4,278 bases of DNA from a virus (lineage: Duplodnaviria; Heunggongvirae; Uroviricota; Caudoviricetes): IMG/VR virus record IMGVR_UViG_2531839104_000018; one strand, 5' to 3'. The number at the start of each line of letters is the position of its first letter. Position 1 is the first letter of the stretch. The notes below the pieces were generated by a model. The model did not search any database, had not been told where the DNA came from, and saw nothing but the letters and a program-made list of their open reading frames with translations. The position numbers were made by a program, and so were the translations under genes. Positions 1 through 4,278 of the stretch are shown in pieces.

Positions 1-92
1 CCCCGTAACAGCAGTACCGCACACAGCAGCGCTATCATGATCGGTCGCCAGAAGCGGTTCAGACTTTCGGCAAATCGTAGCGACATAACCAT
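1..92 (-). CDS. Probable spanin (Rz-like inner-membrane subunit), 5' end only; runs off the left edge
   Basis: A minus-strand frame opens after a TGA at 95-93, with in-frame ATGs at 92, 86 and 38. Translation is MVMSLRFAESLNRFWRPIMIALLCAVLLLRG, i.e. Arg-rich N-terminus followed by a hydrophobic stretch, as expected for an N-in signal-anchor protein. It overlaps the 3' end of the endolysin gene, as lysis genes often do. True start is ambiguous and only about 30 codons are visible. Confidence 0.35.
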   Translation of the reverse strand, partial: MVMSLRFAESLNRFWRPIMIALLCAVLLLR

Positions 93-559
93 TCATCCGC
101 CGAACGGCGGGCCTCAAGGCCGGGGAGCTTCACCCCCTTTGAATAAATCCAGCGGATATACTGCTTACAGGACGCGGGCATCTGCCCGGCATTGATCAGG
201 CGCAGAAGCGTGGAGTTGCGAAAGTTCGTTTCACCGGCCCAGAAGATCCACGAAGCCAGCGCCACCGTCTGACCACGGGTAAGCGGCACCTGAACACGCC
301 GATCAATGGCCGCAAAGGCCCATTTCATGTCCTTTTCCAGTAGTTCCAGGCATTCTTCATCCGTCAGGGTCATACCCGGTTTCACATCCGGGCCGGTATG
401 GCCGTAACAGATGGTGGGTGTACCGGTGGGATCGATATACGTGGAGTTTTCTTTCCCTTCCCAGTAACCGGTGTAATGCGTGGCAATCGTGAACGTCCCG
501 GCACCGGCCAGAACAAGGGCAATCAGCTTTTTACGCAGTGGTGCGGGGAGTTTTGGCAT
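59..559 (-). CDS. Endolysin, T4-lysozyme-like muramidase (GH24) with N-terminal SAR (signal-anchor-release) domain
   Basis: 166-aa ORF with ATG at 559. Catalytic spacing matches T4 lysozyme E11/D20/T26: E-x8-D-x5-T inside WEGKENSTYIDPTGTPT. N-terminus KKLIALVLAGAGTFTIATHY is a Gly/Ala-rich weakly hydrophobic segment typical of SAR endolysins (P21 R, P1 Lyz, Mu Lys). Motifs CYGHTGPD and AAIDRRVQVPLT resemble Mu-type endolysins as I recall them. Confidence 0.85.
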   Translation of the reverse strand: MPKLPAPLRKKLIALVLAGAGTFTIATHYTGYWEGKENSTYIDPTGTPTICYGHTGPDVKPGMTLTDEECLELLEKDMKWAFAAIDRRVQVPLTRGQTVALASWIFWAGETNFRNSTLLRLINAGQMPASCKQYIRWIYSKGVKLPGLEARRSADEWLCRYDLPKV

Positions 560-560
560 T

Positions 561-598
561 GTTACGCTGTCTCATGATGTTCTCTGAGTCAGCGTAAC
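561..598 (-). promoter_or_regulatory. Dyad symmetry / potential RNA stem-loop abutting the endolysin start codon
   Basis: Perfect 9-bp inverted repeat gttacgctg (561-569) / cagcgtaac (590-598), extendable to 14-bp arms with one mismatch (ctca/tgag) around a 10-nt loop. On the mRNA the 3' arm ends 1 nt before the endolysin AUG, and no clear Shine-Dalgarno is visible. Could be a translational control hairpin or an activator binding site. Confidence 0.4.
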
Positions 599-630
599 GG
601 TGAAGGAAAGGCGGCAGGCTTTGCGGAATA

Positions 631-1056
631 TCAGAAAAGTGGCGGTTGTGTTCTTGCCAGATGCAGACGGCGCTGTTCACGTATGACGGTATAAATCTGG
701 GTTTCTGACATCCGGTAATGGCGGCGAAGGGATTCAATTTTCTCGCCCCGGTCCCAGCGCGAAAATATCTCATTGTTTCGCAGCTCGGCAAAGAGAGATT
801 CCCCGACCGGCAGGTAATAACCCCGTCCGCCCATATAGGCTGCCTGAGCCGCAGCCACCTTGCGTGCCAGTTTGCCGGCCAGTACCGGCTCAATCCCCTG
901 ACGCTGAAGTTCTGCGCCGGTGACTTCAACCAGTTCTGACAGGGTCCGCGGCCAGTTCTTTTTGAGAACATCATCAGGGATGTCATCAAGGCGGTCGATA
1001 AGGGCGTGCAGTTGCTCACTGTCACCACCAAACATGCTCATCTGAGTTTCTGCCAT
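631..1056 (-). CDS. Mor/C-family transcriptional activator (Mu middle/late gene activator family)
   Basis: 141-aa ORF, ATG at 1056 preceded by GGAGG 5-6 nt upstream. C-terminal half AYMGGRGYYLPVGESLFAELRNNEIFSRWDRGEKIESLRRHYRMSETQIYTVIREQRRL matches the recalled Mu Mor signature (GG..Y.P.G..L...R...I...F.G.N..EL...Y.....T.Y..IR..RRL) with a C-terminal HTH. It sits immediately upstream of the endolysin, as C does in Mu. Whether it is the Mor or the C equivalent cannot be decided from sequence alone. Confidence 0.75.
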   Translation of the reverse strand: MAETQMSMFGGDSEQLHALIDRLDDIPDDVLKKNWPRTLSELVEVTGAELQRQGIEPVLAGKLARKVAAAQAAYMGGRGYYLPVGESLFAELRNNEIFSRWDRGEKIESLRRHYRMSETQIYTVIREQRRLHLARTQPPLF

Positions 1057-1087
1057 ATCAGCCTCCGGTTCTCGCGTTCCCGGTAAG

Positions 1088-1121
1088 TTTAAAATAAAAA
1101 TCCCGCGTTGTGGCGGGATTT
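1088..1121 (-). terminator. Rho-independent terminator between the GemA-like gene and the Mor/C-like gene
   Basis: Minus-strand RNA reads AAAUCCCGC-CACAAC-GCGGGAUUU followed by UUAUUUU. This is a perfect 9-bp GC-rich stem (plus strand 1098-1106 / 1113-1121), 6-nt loop and U-rich tail, starting 5 nt after the GemA-like stop codon. Confidence 0.7.
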
Positions 1122-1125
1122 GGGG

Positions 1126-1635
1126 TTAACGGGGAAGTGATTTTTCATACTGCCTGCAAACGGCGTCATACCCCATCAGCGTGCGTTCGGGCATTCCCAT
1201 CGCGGCCAGCATTTTGCGGCGGTGCCATCGCTTGAGACGCTCCAGCACATCTGAGGCCAGGGCGGGGTGTTGCTCCAGCCACTGCCAGTTTGCCACACCT
1301 TCGCCGCCGTTTTGCGCGGCCGTCTGCGATTTCACCCAGCGGTTAAGGGCGGTTTCCGCACCATCAGAGATAAAGCCCTGCCGGTGCATCACCTTCCAGA
1401 TGGCGCGAATTTTAGCGGTCACCGTACCCGGTTTTAAGGCCCGGTTAACCGGGTTCTGACGCACTTTAAAACCGCGTTTTTTGAAAACATCCAGCACGCG
1501 GGATAACTCATCCGGTGACATATCCCGGCAGCTGGTTTTGCCGGTGACCGCCAGTAGTACGGATGTGTAGGTTTCATCATCCAGGGCAAGCTCGCGTTTT
1601 GCCACATGAATGGCAGATATCAGTTTCCCTCTCAT
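1126..1635 (-). CDS. gemA: GemA-like protein (Mu gp16 family, formerly DUF1018)
   Basis: 169-aa ORF. N-terminus LISAIHVAKRELALDDETYTSVLLAVTGKTSCRDMSPDELSRVLDVFKKRGF matches the recalled GemA signature (IHIAK.QLGLDDDTYR.LL...GK.S...M...EL..V...L...GF). ATG at 1635 overlaps the upstream stop as ATGA. Position just upstream of the Mor/C-like gene matches Mu gene order. Assignment is from memory of the family, not from a search. Confidence 0.65.
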   Translation of the reverse strand: MRGKLISAIHVAKRELALDDETYTSVLLAVTGKTSCRDMSPDELSRVLDVFKKRGFKVRQNPVNRALKPGTVTAKIRAIWKVMHRQGFISDGAETALNRWVKSQTAAQNGGEGVANWQWLEQHPALASDVLERLKRWHRRKMLAAMGMPERTLMGYDAVCRQYEKSLPR

Positions 1636-1928
1636 GCTGTATCAACACTCCTGCGGATATGATAGGTATTATTTTCCCGATCGAGCTGAACCCGATACTC
1701 CGGAGGAATCACAAAAATATTAAAACCATCATCAGTTTTTATTCTTGAGTAGCATTCCCCCTTATGATATCTGGCCAGTGCATTAATCAGAGAAGTCGCA
1801 GCCTGCCCAATCAGGTATTTTTTATGAAAAATACTGATAACTTTCCGGCACAGCCATCGTGTAATGACGAATGCACCGAAAAAGGATGTGATATATAAAT
1901 ACCAGAACAACTGCGAACTACTGTCCAT
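1632..1928 (-). CDS. Hypothetical small membrane protein (98 aa), in the low-GC block
   Basis: ATG at 1928 with strong SD AAGGAGA 7 nt upstream. Predicted N-terminal transmembrane helix FWYLYITSFFGAFVITRWL. Stop overlaps the GemA-like start (ATGA). Local GC about 40 percent versus about 60 percent in flanking genes. Confidence 0.5.
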   Translation of the reverse strand: MDSSSQLFWYLYITSFFGAFVITRWLCRKVISIFHKKYLIGQAATSLINALARYHKGECYSRIKTDDGFNIFVIPPEYRVQLDRENNTYHIRRSVDTA

Positions 1929-2115
1929 TATCTTTCTCCTTATTCAGTCTTCTGCGGCATTCGGCACAGTCATCAGGGCTTTCAAATGTATCCGGCTCGC
2001 GATTATGAGCCAGATATAACCACCGTCCACATATACTGATATTTTCGCCTGTTTTAAAAAAATGATGCTTCCTGGCCATTAGTGGCCGCGCCCATCCAGC
2101 GGGTAGACTATTCAT
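1918..2115 (-). CDS. Hypothetical small Cys/His-containing protein (65 aa)
   Basis: ATG at 2115 with strong SD GGAGGA 8 nt upstream. Contains C29, H37 and a C50-x2-C53 pair (ICGRW...DDCAECRRR), which might form a small zinc-binding fold. Overlaps both neighbours by a few codons. Confidence 0.45.
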   Translation of the reverse strand: MNSLPAGWARPLMARKHHFFKTGENISICGRWLYLAHNREPDTFESPDDCAECRRRLNKEKDNGQ

Positions 2116-2443
2116 TTGCTTTATCCTCCATGCTGGACAGAATCATATGTATTAATGTCGGGCGTGGAGATATACGCATTTCATTAAGCGTCTGAAGGGC
2201 AGCAACAGCTGCCTGTTTATCGGTGCCTTTGGCAATTTCAGCAAGAGAATGCACAATCCATAATGGGCTTAACGCTACGGCTGAATGCAGAATCATGTCA
2301 TCCATAATAATTTCTGGCATATCCCGTTTGTCACATTCTTTATCCATAAAAGAAACGATTTTTTCTGCATCTTCCGGTTTCATGCCTCCGGCGATGAGAA
2401 TTTTACGATATTCATAAGACGATCTTAATTCAATACTCATCAT
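2108..2443 (-). CDS. Hypothetical protein (111 aa)
   Basis: ATG at 2443 (second ATG at 2440) preceded by AGGTGA. No recognisable motif. Lies in the low-GC block (about 37-42 percent GC). Confidence 0.5.
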   Translation of the reverse strand: MMSIELRSSYEYRKILIAGGMKPEDAEKIVSFMDKECDKRDMPEIIMDDMILHSAVALSPLWIVHSLAEIAKGTDKQAAVAALQTLNEMRISPRPTLIHMILSSMEDKANE

Positions 2444-2455
2444 TCACCTGCCTGT

Positions 2456-2848
2456 TTAATCAGTTTCCAGTGCTTTGCTACGGGCAACAGCCTCACACTC
2501 AAAAAATACCGACTCCGGCACACGCTCCTTTAATTCACGAACAAGAAAATCATTAACGAGTTCATGACGTCTTATATTTCTTTCCTTTTCCTCCTGGCGC
2601 AATACAGCAAGGCGGTATTCAACAGTCCGGCGTTGTTTCTGAAAGACAGCCAGTGCTTTTCTGGCAGAGTTACGCAATGTATCATCGCCACAGGGTTCGT
2701 ATTCAAGCTGAAATTTAATCTCTTCAATGGTTTCTTTTATTTTTGCCAGCAAGCTAAGACAGTCGCTGATTGTCTTCAGTTTTTCATTATCAATATAACT
2801 TCTCACGCATTCACCTCCCGTCATTCCGGTAAAGCTGAAATATGGCAC
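2456..2848 (-). CDS. Hypothetical charged, probably helical protein (130 aa from GTG 2848, or 122 aa from ATG 2824)
   Basis: GTG at 2848 is preceded by AGGTGA 7 nt upstream. Alternative ATG at 2824 forms an ATGA overlap with the upstream stop. Translation is rich in K/E/R runs (KETIEEIKFQLEYE, LRQEEKERNIRRHE), suggesting helical or coiled-coil character. Confidence 0.5.
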   Translation of the reverse strand: MPYFSFTGMTGGECVRSYIDNEKLKTISDCLSLLAKIKETIEEIKFQLEYEPCGDDTLRNSARKALAVFQKQRRTVEYRLAVLRQEEKERNIRRHELVNDFLVRELKERVPESVFFECEAVARSKALETD

Positions 2849-3132
2849 CAGTGCGTCACCTGTCCGTCCTCATCTTCAAGGCAGGCTCCGGTTTCTTCAT
2901 CAATAAAAAAGCCTTCATACCCCATATGGCCGATGCGCAGTTCCTGTTGGTCACCATACTGAACAATCAGCACGACAGCCTCCATATCAGGCGGGAAAGC
3001 ATCATTCAGTGAATGCCAGGGATAACCGCGCAAATCCCCGAAATAAACACCGGTCAGCGTTCCGCCACAGACCGGCATTCCGACGGCACACACAAGGGGT
3101 TCATCTGATTCAACAAATAATGTCGTTATCAT
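2821..3132 (-). CDS. Hypothetical highly acidic small protein (103 aa)
   Basis: ATG at 3132 overlaps the upstream stop as ATGA. By direct count the translation has 18 Asp+Glu against 2 Arg and no Lys, including the cluster FIDEETGACLEDEDGQ. Net charge is about -16. Confidence 0.55.
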   Translation of the reverse strand: MITTLFVESDEPLVCAVGMPVCGGTLTGVYFGDLRGYPWHSLNDAFPPDMEAVVLIVQYGDQQELRIGHMGYEGFFIDEETGACLEDEDGQVTHWCHISALPE

Positions 3133-3680
3133 GGCATTAATTCCCGTAATACAACATCTTCGGCAGTCCGACGACGGTGATAAATAAAACTCACCGTGCC
3201 CTCGGATAATTCAAATTTCTCGCCGATTTCCCTAAAGGTAAGACGCCGTGGTGATTCAGCATCCCGTAATTCACGAATAAGACGAACATCATCGTCAGGT
3301 ATGCGGGTGAAGGGCAGCAACTCTCCGTATTTTTTCATGCTTACGCCAATATATCGCGCCCGATTGTGGACAGAATCCCGGTCTCGCCCCAGATATTCTC
3401 CTATTTGCTTACCGGTCATTGTTCTGGCATTTTTTCGGATAAATTTATCTTCATCAGGTTTAAATCTGAGGCGTTTGCATTTGAGCAACTCCGGGTAAGT
3501 ACCGCGTAATAAAACAATCCGGTTATGTACACCCCAGAAACTTCTTTTTATCCTGACAGCAATATCCTTAACCGGGGTGGATGGATAAAGCGCAATCAGC
3601 AGCGCATCTTCTTCAGGTGTCCATGCGCGAACATGAGCGGGTGCACGGCCTTTTCTCCCCATGGGTTGTAATATCATCAT
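3129..3680 (-). CDS. Putative DNA-binding protein with tandem Myb/SANT-like HTH repeats (183 aa)
   Basis: ATG at 3680 preceded by GGGGGTGA. Two internal repeats align: WTPEEDALLIALYPSTPVKDIAVRIKRSFWGVHNRIVLL and FKPDEDKFIRKNARTMTGKQIGEYLGRDRDSVHNRARYI, sharing [WF]xP[ED]ED, a central K[DQ]I[AG] and VHNR. A third HTH-like segment is LTFREIGEKFELSEGTVSFIYHRRR. The W-x-PEED pattern resembles Myb/SANT repeats. Confidence 0.55.
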   Translation of the reverse strand: MMILQPMGRKGRAPAHVRAWTPEEDALLIALYPSTPVKDIAVRIKRSFWGVHNRIVLLRGTYPELLKCKRLRFKPDEDKFIRKNARTMTGKQIGEYLGRDRDSVHNRARYIGVSMKKYGELLPFTRIPDDDVRLIRELRDAESPRRLTFREIGEKFELSEGTVSFIYHRRRTAEDVVLRELMP

Positions 3681-3683
3681 GCA

Positions 3684-4028
3684 TCACCCCCTGACTCGCT
3701 TTTCAGCAGCATAAAACTCATCAGACAGAATTTCGGTCATTTTCTGATTTGCGGGTTTTACGCCGCACTCAAGGTAAATCACATCGTCAACGCAGAACCA
3801 CTTCACAGGGCCAAACATGATTGCCGAGAAATCAATACCCAGCCAGAACAACAGTGCATCGGTTCTGGCATACGTGACGGGCGAATATTCACGCCACAGA
3901 CTGTTAAGTTCGTCAGAGGCAACGCGCAGGGCTTTGGGAATACGTGATGTGCGCGGTGTGCAGCTCCAGCCATTCGACGCAGTCGGTTTTCGCCATAAGT
4001 CGCGATGAAAAGGATATTTGTCATCCAT
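3684..4028 (-). CDS. Hypothetical protein (114 aa); its 5' end and RBS lie inside the left arm of the inverted repeat
   Basis: ATG at 4028 with AAGGG about 12 nt upstream. Stop at 3684-3686 lies 3 nt upstream of the next gene start. No recognisable motif. First 24 codons (MDDKYPFHRDLWRKPTASNGWSCT) are exactly duplicated on the plus strand at 4206-4278. Confidence 0.5.
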   Translation of the reverse strand: MDDKYPFHRDLWRKPTASNGWSCTPRTSRIPKALRVASDELNSLWREYSPVTYARTDALLFWLGIDFSAIMFGPVKWFCVDDVIYLECGVKPANQKMTEILSDEFYAAEKRVRG

Positions 4029-4049
4029 AAAGCGCAGCCCTTTAAAACA
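3956..4049. repeat. Left arm of a perfect inverted repeat (at least 94 bp)
   Basis: Checked base by base: position p pairs with 8234-p for every p from 3956 to 4049. First mismatch is 4050 vs 4184. The outer limit is unknown because the partner of 3955 lies beyond the window end. Confidence 0.9.
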
Positions 4050-4184
4050 TCAAACCCTTCCGCGCTGGCCGCGTGGCAAAAATATCAGCAGGACTGCCAG
4101 AAAGTTAAGGATGAGGCAAAACGCCTTGAGGCCGTGCTGAATGTTGCGTGCCGGTCGGTATTTGTATCCGGTATCAGTGGCTTT

Positions 4185-4278
4185 TGTTTTAAAGGGCTGC
4201 GCTTTATGGATGACAAATATCCTTTTCATCGCGACTTATGGCGAAAACCGACTGCGTCGAATGGCTGGAGCTGCACAC
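4185..4278. repeat. Right arm of the inverted repeat; truncated by window end
   Basis: Exact reverse complement of 3956-4049. Arms are separated by a 135-bp non-palindromic core (4050-4184) that has no ORF in the six-frame track. Confidence 0.9.
4206..4278 (+). CDS. 5' end of a plus-strand gene whose first 24 codons mirror those of the 114-aa minus-strand gene; partial
   Basis: ATG at 4206 followed by codons for MDDKYPFHRDLWRKPTASNGWSCT, identical to the N-terminus of ORF 3684-4028, with the same RBS region because both lie inside the repeat. Whether the downstream sequence continues to match is not visible. Confidence 0.4.
   Translation, partial: MDDKYPFHRDLWRKPTASNGWSCT

Noticed and set aside
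38-38. ATG at 38 as the start of the Rz-like gene
   Set aside because: Not excluded, but the same frame is open back to 92 with ATGs at 92 and 86. These give an Arg-rich segment before the hydrophobic helix, which fits a signal-anchor protein better, so the start was left ambiguous.
531-1031. 166-aa minus-strand ORF in an alternative frame
   Set aside because: It overlaps almost the whole Mor/C-family ORF and the endolysin start, begins at a TTG rather than ATG, and has no recognisable motif. The 631-1056 frame carries the conserved activator signature and a GGAGG site.
718-3498. Plus-strand ORFs 718-939, 1181-1459, 1563-1748, 2223-2417, 2564-2962 and 3196-3498
   Set aside because: All lie antisense within minus-strand genes that have good ribosome-binding sites and coupled starts, and none shows a recognisable motif. 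Treated as shadow ORFs.
3803-4024. Alternative-frame ORFs 3803-4024 (-) and 3817-4008 (+) inside the 114-aa gene
   Set aside because: They are nested in the longer 3684-4028 ORF, which has the RBS and the coupled downstream start. No independent support.
4036-4062. Possible DNA-invertase crossover site (gix/hix/cix-like) at the inner boundary of the inverted repeat
   Set aside because: The boundary sequence ctttaaaaca only loosely resembles the A-rich half-site of Gin/Hin-family sites. I could not find a convincing 26-bp two-half-site element, and no recombinase gene is in the window.
1-4278. RNA genes, CRISPR arrays, IS elements or transposon ends
   Set aside because: No short direct-repeat arrays, no tRNA-like cloverleaf candidates, and no transposase-like ORF were seen. 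The Mu-like assignment rests on gene content and order, not on visible attachment sites or ends, which would lie outside this window.

Overview
The window reads as one leftward (minus-strand) transcribed block of a Mu-like transposable prophage. From right to left it holds seven tightly packed small early genes, a GemA-like gene, an intrinsic terminator, a Mor/C-family activator, a SAR-type T4-lysozyme-like endolysin and the start of a probable spanin. No rRNA, tRNA, CRISPR array or IS element is visible. The most striking signal is at the right edge: a perfect inverted repeat of at least 94 bp (3956-4049 vs 4185-4278) mirrors the ribosome-binding site and first 24 codons of the 114-aa gene around a unique 135-bp core, and is cut off by the window end. 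Other points of interest are a roughly 0.8 kb low-GC insert (about 1640-2450) with three small ORFs, an extremely acidic 103-aa protein, and a 183-aa protein with tandem Myb/SANT-like helix-turn-helix repeats. All functional calls come from reading the translations and from recalled family signatures; no database search or folding computation was possible.
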